64,000 nt of DNA from Paramecium tetraurelia (lineage: Eukaryota). How positions within the stretch are numbered: position 1 is the first letter of the stretch; every line of letters starts with the position of its first letter. The notes beneath the pieces were generated by a model, which was not told the origin of the DNA, did not search any database, and saw only the letters and a list, made by a program, of their open reading frames with translations. The translations under genes and the position numbers were made by a program. Below, piece by piece: positions 1 to 13,825 of this stretch. Location of the stretch: NCBI GenBank assembly GCA_000165425.1, contig CT868097.1:316867-380866 (forward strand). The letters are read 5' to 3'.

Positions 1-2
1 GA

Positions 3-3000
3 GAAAAGGCCCAAAAGGAATACATGATTGAAACAATGTTAGATCAAATGGAAACAATGTGGGAAGGAATTAACTTCTAGTTGTTGCCTTACAAAGCAAT
101 CACATTTATCATTAGAGGTTATGATGAAATTCAATAAGTACTCGATGAACATATTGTAAATACCTAAGCTATGTCTTTCTCGCCTTTCAAAGGTCCATTT
201 GAAGACAGAATCAATAATTGGAATACAACTCTCAAAATGACCTCTGACGTATTAGAAGAATGGTGCAAATGTTAAGCTTAGTGGATGTATCTCTAACCTA
301 TTTTTGATTCTCCAGATATTGCAAAATAATTACCTGCTGAAACTAAGAAATTTAAAACAGTTGATTAAACTTGGAAGCATACAATGACATAAGCTAAGAC
401 ATACGCTCAAGTCTTACGAGTTTGTACTTAGGAAGGTTTATTGGAAAGATTGTAGGAAGCAAATAAAAATTTAGAAATCATTTAAAAGGAACTTAACAAT
501 TATTTGGAAAAGAAAAGAGAAAAATTTGCAAGATTCTATTTCCTGTCTAATGATGATTTACTTGAAATCTTATCACAAACTAAAGAACCAACAGCAGTCT
601 AGCCACATTTAAGAAAGGTGTTTGAAAATATCAATTCAATAGAATTTGATGATGCAAAGAAGATTCATGCTATGTATTCAGCTGAAGGTGAAAAAGTAGG
701 GTTCGTTAAAGTTTTAGATCCAAATAAAAAAAATGTTGAAGATTGGATGGGAGAAGTTGAGGATATGATGAAATTGAGTGTGAGATAGGCATTAATAAAT
801 AGTGTTTCTGATTATCAAGTGAAACTAAGACATGAGTGGGTGTAATTACATCCTGGATAGTGTGTTTTAAATGGGTCTCAGATTCTTTGGACAAAAGAAG
901 TGGAACAAGCTATAAAAAGCAATAATGTTATGGAATATTGGGAGAAAACATTGAAAGCTTAAATCAATAAACTGGTTGAATTAGTAAGGACCAAATTAAC
1001 TAAGTAATAACAAACTACTATAAATGCATTAATTGTTATTGATGTTCATGCAAAGGATGTTGTGGAGAAATTATTTAAAGAGAATGTTACTGATGTCAGT
1101 GCTTTTGAATGGATTAGTTAATTGAGATATTACTGGGAAAATGAGGATTGTTTTGTTAAATGTGTTTAAACAAATTTCCCGTATGGTTATGAGTATTTAG
1201 GAAACACTCTACGATTAGTGATCACCCCTTTAACAGATAAATGTTATATGACTTTGATGGGTGCCTTAAAATTAAATTTGGGAGGTGCTCCTGCAGGACC
1301 AGCAGGTACTGGAAAAACAGAGTCAACTAAAGATTTAGCAAAAGCATTAGCTAAATAATGTGTAGTGTTCAATTGTTCTGATTCTATGGATTATTTAATG
1401 GTTGGTAAGTTCTTTAAAGGATTAGCAAGTGCAGGTGCATGGTGTTGTTTTGATGAGTTTAATAGAATTAATATTGAAGTGCTATCTGTGATTGCATAAT
1501 AATTATTGGTATTATTTGGAGAGAAAGCAAAAGGAACTCCACAAATAGAATTCGAAGGATCAATTATTAAAATCTAAGCCACCTTTTCAGTTTTTATTAC
1601 TATGAATCCTGGTTATGCTGGAAGAACTGAATTGCCTGATAATTTGAAAGCTTTGTTTAGAGGTGTAGCTATGATGGTTCCAGATTATGCTTTGATTGGA
1701 GAAATTATGTTTTACTCATTTGGATTTGAATTGGGAAGAGAATTAGCAAAAAAGATGGTTGCAACATTTAAATTGAGTTCAGAATAATTGAGTTCTTAAG
1801 ATCATTACGATTATGGAATGAGAGCTGTTAGATCAGTTATTAATGCTGCTGGTATTTTGAAATAATAAAATCCAACTATGGATGAAGAGTAACTGCTATT
1901 AAGAGCATTGAGAGATGTTAATGTTCCTAAATTCTTAAAGGATGATCTTCCTTTGTTTGAGAATATTATTAATGACTTATTCCCTGGAGTTGAAAAGCCA
2001 GTGTATTCTTATGGTGATTTATTAGAAGACTTAAACATTTGTTGTTAATAACAGAACTTATAAAATGTGAAGGTGTTTATTGATAAATGCTTATAATTAT
2101 ATGACACAATCTAAGTTAGACATGGATTGATGTTGGTAGGTCCAACTGGAGGTGGTAAAACATCTACAATTACAACTTTACAAAAGGCTATGTCATGTAA
2201 GCTGAAGGTACATACTCATATATTAAATCCAAAATCTATAACCATGGGTTAATTATATGGTCAATTTAATGAATAAACTCATGAATGGACAGATGGTGTC
2301 TTAGCTTATATAGTTAGAGAAACTGTAAAAGATGAATCAGGTGAAAAACATTGGGTTGTTTTTGATGGACCTGTGGATGCCTTGTGGATTGAATCAATGA
2401 ATACTGTACTAGATGATAATAAGAAATTATGTTTAAACTCTGGGTAGATCTTAACATTAACCCCATACATGACTATGATGTTTGAAGTAGAAGATTTGGC
2501 AGTAGCATCCCCAGCTACAGTCAGCAGATGTGGTATGGTTTATATGGAACCAGAGGCTTTAGGATATCAAGTATTGATTGATTCCTGGATCAATAGATTA
2601 CCTGAGACTATCTTAGTTAAAAGTAAAATAATAAAGAACAAACTAGTAAACTGCTTTAAATAATATCTTGATCCAACGATTGAATTCTTAAGAAAATCAA
2701 TTATAGAGATAGTCACATCTTCCAATAATAATTTAGTGTAATCTTTAATGAGAATTCTTGACTGCTATTTGGCGTAATATGTAGATAGTGAATTAAAAAA
2801 GATAATGGTGGAGGAAATGGAATAATTGGAGGCTGCCTTAGAGAAATTGTTCTTCTTTTCACTCACCTGGTCAATTGGTGCAACTGGCAATAATAGATAA
2901 GGATTTAATGACACTTTAAAATCCTTGGCCAAATTTGAGAAGCCAGAAGACTTCTATGAAGTTTATCTTGACATTTCAACTAATACATTCATTCCTTGGA

Positions 3001-6000
3001 ATCAAATGTATCAAAACTTTAGTATTGATTCTAAATTAGCCTACCATGAAATCATGATTCCAACTGCAGACTCAACTAGAAATATGTACTTATTGAAATT
3101 ACTATTGTCAAATAACAAAAATGTTCTTAATCCTGGACCTACAGGAACTGGAAAGACTCAGAATATCTTTAGTCTTCTAACTACAGGAATGGGCGATGAT
3201 TTCTTATATATAGCTCTAACTTTTAGTGCATAAACATCAGCCAACTAAACATAGGATACAATAGATTCCAAATTAGAGAAACGAAGAAAAGGTGTCTTTG
3301 GTCCTCCAATCAGACAGAGAATGATTATCTTTGTAGATGATTTAAATATGCCAAAGAAAGAATAATACGGTGCATAACCACCATTAGAATTACTGAGATA
3401 ATATTTGGATTACAAAGGTTGGTATAATAGAAAAGAACTATCCTTTATGAAAATTGAAGATGTTATTATTCTTGCTGCTATGGGTCCTCCTGGAGGTGGT
3501 CGTACATTTATTAGTAATAGAGTAGTCAGACATTTTAATGTGATAGCATATAATGAGCTTAGTAATAATTACATTTCAGAGATTTTCAGTTCTCTGATTA
3601 CTTTCTTCTTAAAAAGATTCAATGAGCCTATTAAAAACTCAATTCAAACTTTAGTTTAAAGTGTGTTAACATTCTATTAATAAGTGAGATCAACGATGTT
3701 GCCAACTCCAGCTAAATCTCATTATACGTTCAATCTAAGAGATATTTGGAGAGTGTTTCAAGGAATAAGTTCAGCTGCTCCAAAGTCAACTCCAGATGTA
3801 GTGGCATTAGTTAAGATATGGTATCATGAGAATTTAAGAGTATTTCACGATAGATTGACAACCGAAGAGGATAGACAAGAACTAAAGAACATGTTAAAGA
3901 TTGGATTTACATAATTTGGAGTCACCTCTGAATAAGTATTAGATTCAGAAAGAGTAATATTTGGAGATTTCATGTAATCCAGAGATGCAGATATCAAAGT
4001 GTATTAATAGATTCCAGATCTACATTAACTAGTGAATAGGATGGACAATTACTAAGAAGATTATAATTCTGACAACACATTTATAATTGGTGGATCCAAG
4101 AAGCAAATGAGATTGGTTATGTTTGTGGATGCAACTGAACACATTTCAAGAATAGCTAGAATAATAAGATAGCCCTAAGGAAATGCATTGTTATTAGGAG
4201 TTGGAGGTAGTGGTAGATAATCATTGTCTAGAATGGCTACTTTTGTCACAAACTATAAGTTATTCTAAATTGAAGTTATTAAGAATTACTCAATGAGAAG
4301 TTGGAGAGACGATGTTAAAAAAGTATTGATGATAGCTGGTATTGAAAATAAGCCAGCAACTTTCTTGTTTTGTGATACTCAAATAATCAATGAATAGATG
4401 TTGGAAGATTTGAACAATGTTCTAAACTCTGGTGATGTTACTGGAATATATTAAGAGAAAGACTTTGAAGATATTACTTAAGCATGTAAGTAAGAGTGCA
4501 TTAAGAGACAAATACCCCCTACTAGGATGAACATATTTACATAGTATTTGATTAGAGTTAAGAAGAATATCCATTTAATTGTTGCTATGTCCCCACTGGG
4601 AAATCAATTTACCACTAGATTGAGAATGTTCCCATCTTTGGTAAATTGCTGTACAATAGACTGGTTTACTGAATGGCCTGAAGAAGCCTTGATAGGTGTT
4701 GGAAAGGGATAATTGGCTGATTATGAATAGGAACTAGCAATCGATGGCAAGATACCCGTTTTGGTTGAAATGTTCAAGAATCTCCATAAAAGTGTAGAGA
4801 AACTATCCCAAAAGTTCTTAGCTGAATTGAGAAGATACAATTATGTTACTCCAAACTAGTTATTTAGAATTACTTCAATTATACAGAACAATATTATCAG
4901 ACAAGAGAAGAGATCTCAATCAATAGATACAGCGTCTTAAAGGAGGTTTGGATAAGTTGATAGCTGCCAATGATGCAGTGGAGGAGATCAAAATAACATT
5001 GAAGGATATGCAGCCAAAATTAGAACAAGCTAGTATTGATACAATCAAAATGATGGAGAAATTGAAGGTAGATAAATAGGAGGCTGATGATACATAGAAG
5101 ATTGTTGCAAGAGAGGAATCAGAAGCTACTAAACAATAAGAAGAAGCTACCAGATTGGCTGAATAAGCAGAAGCATCTGTGGCTGATGCAAACAAAACAT
5201 TAGAATTGACAATTGCTGAAGTCTAGAAATTGAAAAAGGAACATCTAGTGGAAATTAAGAGTTTGGGATCTCCACCTAATGCTGTTAAAGTTACATTAGC
5301 AGGTGTTGTTATATTGATGCAAGACTATATTAAATAAAATGGAGGTGAAATTATATTGACAATGAAGGAAGGATAAATTGGAGGTAAAAAAGAAGAAAAC
5401 TTTTTCGAAACTGCAAGAAAGTATTTGTTAAGTGATCCACAAAAGTTATTAGAATAATTATTAAAATATGATAAGGATTCTACTAATCCTGCTCATATCA
5501 AGAAGTTGGAAGAGAAAGTCATACCTCAACCAGAATTTAATATTGATGCAGTCAAGAACTGTTCTTTTGCTACTAAGTTCTTGTATATGTGGGTGAAGGC
5601 TATGTATGACTACTTTAGAGTATATACTGAAACCAAACCACTCAGAGATCAATTGATTGCTATGAGGAAGATTGTGGAAGAAAAGACAGCAGAACTCAAG
5701 ATAAAGAAGGAGGAATTGGAAAGAGTTAATGCGAAAATACGAGAATTAGAAGAGATGTACAATCAGAAGATATTAGAAAAAGAGGATCTGTAAAATAAAA
5801 TGAAAGAGTGCGAAATCAAATTAGAAAGAGCTTAAAAGTTAACTGAAGGATTATCAGAAGAGAAGGAAAGATGGGGCAAGAGATATCAAGTCTTTGTAAG
5901 CAAAAGTAGAATTACTACCAGGTGATTCAATTGTAGCTGCAGGTATGGTTGCATACTCTGGACCTTTCACTTCCCATTATAGAACATAGATGGAAGGAGA

Positions 6001-9000
6001 TTGGGTGTTGAAATTAGGAGTTGTAGGAGTAGCACATTCTGAAGGGGTCACTATGAGACAATTCCTTGGGAGATGGAGTGGAAGATTTAAGCATGGAATA
6101 TCGCTGGATTACCAAAAGATGACACTTCAACTGAAAACGGAATTATCATTGATAAAAGTAGAAGATGGTGTTTGATGATTGATCCTTAAAATTAAGCTAA
6201 TAAATTCATCAAAAATATGGGAAGAGATAATGCTGAGGGTATTGATGTGGTTAAAATATCAGATGTTAATTTGATGAGAACTCTAGAGTTAGCTATTTAA
6301 TTTGGTAAATGGGTTTTATTAGAAAATGTTGGCAGAGAATTAGATCCTTCATTGGAACCTATTCTCAATCAACAACTAGTCAAGTCAGGCACTTCATATA
6401 CTATCACTATTGGTGATAAGTAATTAACTTATAATGAAAAGTTCAAGTTGTATCTTACAACTACCATTCCCAATCCTCACTACTCTCCTGAAACTTTTGT
6501 TAAAGTTACTATCATCAATTTTGCTATCACTGCTAGTGGATTGGAAGAACAAATGCTTGCCTAAATTGTTGCCCTTGAAAACCCAGCTTTAGAGTAAAAG
6601 AAGATCGAAATTGTTAAGAAAAATGCAGCTGACAAGAAACAATTGCTAGCTATTGAAGATTCCATTCTTAAATCTCTTTCAGATTAGAAAGGAGATATCT
6701 CAGAAATCCTATTAGATGAAACCCTTATTAATAAATTGTAAACCAGTAAAAGATTTGCAGCTGAAATCAACTAAAGAGTTAAGGATTCTAAAATAACAGA
6801 GGCTTAAATTGATGAAGTTAGAGAATCCTATAGACCTGTAGCATTCAGATCCTCATTATTATTCTTCTGTATCACTGATCTTGCTAATATTGATCCTATG
6901 TATTAATATTCTCTTTAATGGTTTACTAAACTATTTGTCTTGGGAGTTGAAAATGCTTAACCGTCTTCAGTAATTGAAGAAAGACTGAAGAATTTAAATG
7001 ATTACTTCACTTATTCACTTTATGAGAATATTTGCAGATCATTGTTTGAAAGACACAAGTTATTGTTTTCATTTATGCTCTGTGTTAAAATTTTGTAAGG
7101 AGCATAAATGATGGATGAAAAACAATGGAGATACCTTCTAGCAGGTCCTTAAGGAGATATTAAGATTGCTCATAATCCAACAGCTTGGATTTCTGATAAT
7201 TCTTGGCCTGACATATACAGATAGATGAAAGGAATGTCTACTCTTGATGCATTCAAAGGATTTGATCAGTTTTTCGTGGATAATTCAGATTAGTTTAAAG
7301 GAATTTGGGATTCTTCTTAACCATAAAAGGAATAATTGCCTGAACCTTGGTAAGGACAATTGACTTAATTTGAGAAATTAATCTTCTTAAAAGCTCTGAG
7401 ACCTGATAAATTAGTTCCTGCAATTTAAGATTACATAGATTAGTAATTAAATCCTAAATTTACTATTCCACCTACTTTTGATTTGGAAAAATGTTACAAG
7501 GATTCATCGCCAATGTCACCTTTAATTTTTGTGTTATCAGCAGGTAGTGATCCAGTTGCAGACTTTCTTAAATTTGCAGAAGAGTAAAATATGGCCAAAA
7601 GATTTGATTCCATATCTTTGGGATAAGGTCAAGGACCTAAGGCAGAGAGAATGGTTAAAGATGCAATTTAAAGAGGAGGTTGGGTGCTCTTATAGAATTG
7701 CCATTTAGCTATATCTTGGATGAATGATTTGGAACGTATTTGTGAGGAATTGAATGAAAATATTCATAAAGACTTTAGATTATGGCTAACCTCAATGCCT
7801 TCTAATTCATTTCCAATTCCTGTGTTATAGAATTCAGTCAAAATGACAATTGAACCACCACAAGGAATTAGAGCTAATTTAATGAGAACCTATAAGAACT
7901 TGGATGATAAGGAGTTGAGTGAATGCACAAAATAGGACATTTTTAAAAAGTTACTCTTTGGATTTTGTCTGTTCCATGCAATCATTTAAGATAGAAGAAA
8001 GTTTGGTGCAATTGGATGGAATATCCCTTATGAATTTACCAATGAAGATCTCACAGTCTGCAAAAGACAATTAAAAATGCTATTAGATGAGTATGACAAG
8101 GTACCATATAAAGTAATTCAATATTTGGGAGCTGAAATCAATTATGGTGGTAGAGTTACTGATGATAAAGATGTGAGATTGATAAAGACAATTATCAAGA
8201 AATACATCTGTCATGAAGCTTTAAGAGATGGATATAAGTTTTCAGAATCAGGAATCTACGTTTCTTTAGCCTCAACCAATTAGGAAGGATATCTCAATTA
8301 TATAGAGTAACTTCCTTTAAATCCGGATCCTGAAGCATTCGGAATGCATGAAAATGCTGAAATTACTAATTCTTAAAATACAACAAGAGTCTTATTAGAA
8401 ACTGTACTCTCCATTTAACCAAGATAATCATCAGGCACTGGAAAATCAAGAGAGGAAACTATTGAAGAAATTGCCACCTTTGTTTAGAGTCGTACACCAG
8501 AAGTTTTACCATTTGATGATATCTTCAAGAAATATCCTACTTCCTATGAAGAATCCATGAACACTGTGTTGGTGCAAGAGGTTATTAGATATAATAGGTT
8601 ATTGGCAACAATGAAAGAATCCTTGATTAATGTTAAAAAGGCTCTGAAAGGTCAGATTGTCATGTCAGATGAACTTGAAAGTCTCGCCAACTCACTATTT
8701 GATAATTAGGTTCCTTTAATGTGGGCTGACAAAGGATTTCTCTCTTTAAAGCCTCTTTCTAGTTGGACCAATGATCTCTCAGCAAGAATTAATTTCCTGT
8801 AATCTTGGGTTGATAATGGAACTCCAAAGGTCTTCTGGATTAGTGGTAAATGATTTGTTTAGCATCTTAGGTTTCTTCTTCCCATAAGCGTTTCTCACTG
8901 GATCATTACAGAACTATGCTAGAAGACATGTAATTGCCATAGATAAACTGAATTATGAATTTAAGATACTTGATACTCTTTCACCATAAGATATAGAAGA

Positions 9001-9353
9001 GAAACCAGAAGATGGATGTTATGTTTTCGGAATTTCATTGGAGGGAATAAGATGGGATTACAAGAAACACTTTATTACTCATCCTAGACCAAAGGAATTA
9101 TATTCGGAATTGCCATTAGTTTGGTTATTGCCTTGCATAGAGAAGGAGTATCCAAAAGATCTAGTTATTTATCAATGTCCACTTTATAAAGTTGTTTCAA
9201 GGTATTTAAAACACTTAATTCTTTAGAGCTGGAACCTTGAGTACCACTGGACATTCAACCAACTTTGTCACTTTTCTTGAGCTTCCATCCAAAGATTCTG
9301 AAGAACAATGGATAAGAGCAGGTGCTGCAGCATTCTTATCATTAAGATATTGA
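3..9353 (+). CDS. Axonemal dynein heavy chain, probably single-headed inner-arm type (5' truncated by window)
   Basis: With TAA/TAG=Gln the frame reads [16 protein letters not shown]... It contains AAA1 [13 protein letters not shown] and [32 protein letters not shown]2 [11 protein letters not shown]3 [11 protein letters not shown]4 GVGGSGRQS, a stalk coiled coil, and C-terminal [15 protein letters not shown] at 9351-9353. 25-nt GT-AG introns at 8846-8870 and 9202-9226. Four +1 frameshifts near 4854, 5881, 6069 and 6081. Confidence 0.97.
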
Positions 9354-10189
9354 ATAATATATATAAACAGATATCAAGTTATTAAAATATATTCTATTTC
9401 AATTGCTTTTCATAGCTAATTTTTATTGTAATTGCAATTTCATTATATGCTATTCCATGACATAACATACGCAAAAAAATTATGGTCATTATAATAATTG
9501 CCCATATAATAACCATAATATTTTATTTATAAAATAATTGCTACAAACGAATAGTAATTACCTTAATTTTGTTCTTCCTATCCTTGCTATTTCATCAATT
9601 AACTCACAAAATATTATTGGAAATATTGAAATGATTATAAAAATCATTTAGATTCCCTTAAATTCTTCTTTGCTGTAAGTTTCTGATACAAACAGGTTAG
9701 AATCTGATACAAATTTTGGTCAAAGGAACTCTATAAAAATACATTCAAATGTAATAAAACTTAAATCTCATTATCAATTAAATTAATTTTATAAGTATTT
9801 AATCATATATAATCTATTATTTCCTGTAAAATATAATACGATTATTGTGATTTCTCTAAAATTATATAATTGTTTTAAAAACTCTACTGAATTTTGACTA
9901 AATAGAGGGTATTCTATCATTAGGAAATATAAACAACTTAAAATCTATTTTTGAAGTTATACGAATATTTGTTTTTGCTTAGTAATAAAGTGAGGACTGT
10001 ATAATGCAAAGAAGCTCAATTATTATCAACTATTCTTAGATTTAAACAAATAGTAAATTGAAGAGCATATAGATCTTAATTGAACCTATTTAATCTCAGA
10101 TGATTGCATAATATAACATTGTTATTTATTATGCTTAGACAAATAAATCTATTATCTATATTGATATTGATATTAATATGATTTATCTC

Positions 10190-11373
10190 TCAGAAACACT
10201 TTCTGTGAACAATGGTTGGACCGCTTTCGTCGTATTCGCTTCTTGTGATCCACATGGCTTGGAATGTTGACAATGATGATAAGATTGATCCTCCGATCCA
10301 GACTGAGAATTTTCTTTCAGGTGGGGCAACGACTTTGATTTTCATTGATGATGGGGCAAGGGATGTTAATTCTTTGCTCAATCTTTCTGGGATTCCTGGG
10401 AACATGGTTGTACCTCCGGACATGACAACATTTCCGTAACTAAGACATAAATTTAAATTTCTTACAGATCCTTTCTGACATCGATATCGCACTTCATAAT
10501 TGATTTGAATGTTAATTCGTGGATACCTGCGACTTCAAGACCAATGAAGTTTGGTTTGAAGAGCAATTCAGGACATCTGAATCTTTGATTTTAGATGACA
10601 ACAACGTTTCCGTCTGGTAATTCATAGGGTCTGTTGTTGGCAGCACTCTCTTTGTATTTCTTCATTTCCTCTTCATAGTCAAGAGCAACATAGCACAATT
10701 TCTCTTTCATGTCTCTAACAATTTCCATTTCAGCTGATGATGTGAATGAAACACCCAATTCATTCAAGATGTTAACCAAATATTGGGTGCAGGCTCTTCC
10801 TGCCAAGTCAATTCTGAGAACAGCATGTGGAAGGGCATAACCTTCATAGATTGGGACTGTGTGTGAGACACCATCTCCAGAATCTACGACGATACCAGTT
10901 GTTCTTCCTGAAGCATAGAGTGAGAGCACGGCTTGAATAGCAACGTAGAATGATGGCACGTTGAATGTTTCGAATAAGATTTATGTCATCTTTTCTCTGT
11001 TGGCCTTTGGATTCATTGGGGCCTCGGTCGAAAAGAGCTGGGTGGTCTTCTGGTGTGACTCTCAATTCGTTGAAGAAATGCATGATGCCAGATTCTTTCC
11101 ATATCTACATAATTTATAAACACATTCTATACCATCCCAATTATTGACAATACCATTATCAATTGGGTACTTGAGTGCTAAAACACCTCTCTTGGCTTAA
11201 GCCTCATCACCGACGTAGGCTTCCTTGCTGTCCATACCAACCATAATTCCTTGATGTTTGGGTCTTCCTACAACTGCAGGGAAACAGCATCTTGGAGCAT
11301 CATCTCCTGCAATACCGGCCTTGCATTATCCGGATCCGTTATCAATAACAACTGCTGGGTGTTCTTCAGACAT
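10190..11373 (-). CDS. ACT1: Actin (Paramecium act1-type)
   Basis: [28 protein letters not shown]...[19 protein letters not shown]...[38 protein letters not shown]. Introns at 11105-11132 and 10440-10465. Two +1 insertions near 11077 and 11030. Confidence 0.97.
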
Positions 11374-11912
11374 GTGTTTACAGATAAATAAAAGATATTA
11401 TTGATTACGATGACATTCCTTTCACCTTTTTCTAGAGCAAATTAAATCAATTAAATCTTCTCACGTACCCCCATAATATTTATTAATATTAAAATATTCT
11501 GTATAATACACAACCTCCCACATCTCAGCCATCCTAATTTGCAGAATTAACTATATGGCACATTCCAATAGAAAATTCTGTTTATATTAAAAAACAGAAT
11601 TGCAAAGTGAAAATATATATTAAAATATTAATTATAATTTATATGGAATTGAGAATTTCCCTCTCATTGCTCATTAATTAAACCTAATCAATTTAGTAAT
11701 GTCTTATTCCACAAAGTCAATTTATATTCTCCTTTGGACATCTCAAAAATTGCACACCCACCCTTTGCTCTTTATATATATGAAAAAGTGTATAAAATGA
11801 GGAATTCAGTCTTTGTTATATTGTTCTTCCACGATTGTATTATATAGTGTTAGTATTAAGAATTTATTTTACACAATTGATTATTATTTATTTATAAAAG
11901 TTCTTTAATTTA

Positions 11913-12536
11913 ATGAATAATAATAAAAATAGCAGTTTATAAAGTATGAATTTTGATAATTAAAATATGTAATAATAAGTGCAGATTAACTTTGACAATT
12001 TCAGCAACAACTATAGCTTACCTAAAATTAAATCATTAGATCTACTGAAACCTGTCTCTTTAAAAGCTATGAATAACTTTCATTTACCGGATCGCAAAAT
12101 TTTATAATAACATATGAAACCGAAGAAATCGTAATTGTAAGATGTTTTGTAATAATTGAATAATAAAAATAACTTTAATTTTAATATCCATACTTACAAT
12201 AGAACACCAACTTTAGAAAAGGAAATCCCTATTAAAATACCAAAAATAAAATTGAAAATTATACCTAGAGAAGAAAATGATTCCAAATTAAGTTTGGATA
12301 AGTTTACCTTCAAAGATCCTAACACTCCTCGCCCAAATAAGATTTATATGAAATAAAAAGGATTGGATAATTAGCAAAAAAGCTTATGCTCTAATAGTAA
12401 GGTGTCTTTAAAATTGAAAACTTAATAAATGGAATAGTTAAGAAGCGTATAATCAACTGTTCTGTATTATTTATCAAAATAAAATGATAAATTGGATCAT
12501 CATTTTGATTAACTTGAAAATTAATTAGTATTTTGA
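11913..12536 (+). CDS. Hypothetical low-complexity (N/Q/K-rich) protein, 207 aa
   Basis: Continuous ATG-to-TGA frame under the ciliate code; includes ORF-track fragment 12156-12356. Confidence 0.6.
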
Positions 12537-12859
12537 TTTAACTATTATTATTATATTACTTTATATTTTTAATAAGTGTGTTGATTACTTTTTCATTTTA
12601 TAATACATTAATCTGAAGTGTAATCAACTTCTTTTAATATTCTACAATTAGTATTTATAAATAAATTATTGATATAAAGATAATTTATATATTTATATAT
12701 ATTTTATATTTGTATAAAATTATATAATTACACAAAAGTATAGTTTAGAGTGAACAAGTCTTCATTTTTTAAAATAAGCACTTCGCTCAATAGAGTATTC
12801 TAACTTTAATTTACTCTAATCAAAATGAAACTAATTATTATTAATTTTTGTATTTATTT

Positions 12860-13567
12860 ATGATTGATACAGGAAAAACAAATAAGTATTTACACACTCC
12901 ATTTGAAATGTTTTTGATGGTAATAATAACTGCAGTTTCGAATGGTGTAATGATCCCCTAAATCATTTACACATACAAAATTAAGAATGTACATACATTA
13001 TTCCTCTCTGGATTATTGTTTGTGTCCTCATTCATGTATCATCTGTCTGAAAGTATAGGAGTCGAGCCAATTATATTAAAAGAGGTTGATTGGCATCAAC
13101 TAGACAATATTGCATCAATTTGTGGATTGGTATACTAATGATCTAAAATTTAGATGGAATTGTTCAATTACTTAATGCAAAATAATAGAAGCACAAGAAA
13201 ATCGATTTAATGGATCAATTTTATTTTTGTTGTAATAATATAAGAATCACATGCATGGAATGTTTGGGCAACTGTGATTCCAATCTTAATTAGTCTAATC
13301 ATTTTTATAATCAAATAAACATTTTACCCAAAGAAGGGTTAAATTGTAAATAAGGATTACCTTCATAAAGGATTATTCTACTTATTTATTGGATTTATTG
13401 CATTTTATTTTGGTTTGGATGAATATAAAGATTATTTGAGGCTTTGGCATGGATTATGGCATTTGGCAATGAATCAGGCTTATTTTCATTTGTATCAATT
13501 ATTCAATCCTAAAGTGTATACATTTTTGGAGTGCTGGGATTTAAAATAAGAGTATGCCAAAGAGTGA
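12860..13567 (+). CDS. Multi-pass membrane protein of the CREST superfamily (TMEM8/myomaker/DUF3522-like)
   Basis: About 7 hydrophobic segments; SN motif in TM1, SFMYH (SxxxH), WHQLD, and C-terminal YLRLWHGLWH (HxxxH). 24-nt intron at 13130-13153. Confidence 0.75.
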
Positions 13568-13825
13568 TAAAATTGATATCAATAAATAAAATTTGGTTGT
13601 TTAAAGAAACAAATTTATATTTTTGTATTACTTCTTATAATTGTTATAATATAAATATGTTGACTCTGATTTAATAGTCCTTTTATGATATGATTTAAAT
13701 CGACAATCTTTTTATATTCTTTTGGTATAAAATAAATAAACCAGAGTTGTTTGAACATATATTTAGTAATGAAGATAAATTTATATAACAATAATTAATC
13801 TTAAAATTAATTGATAGAGTAAGTT

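Noticed and set aside
9380..10150. Possible minus-strand gene between dynein and actin (PKFVSDSNLFVSETYSKEEFKG...)
   Set aside because: Frames are broken by TGA and I could not build a consistent model; at most a gene relic.
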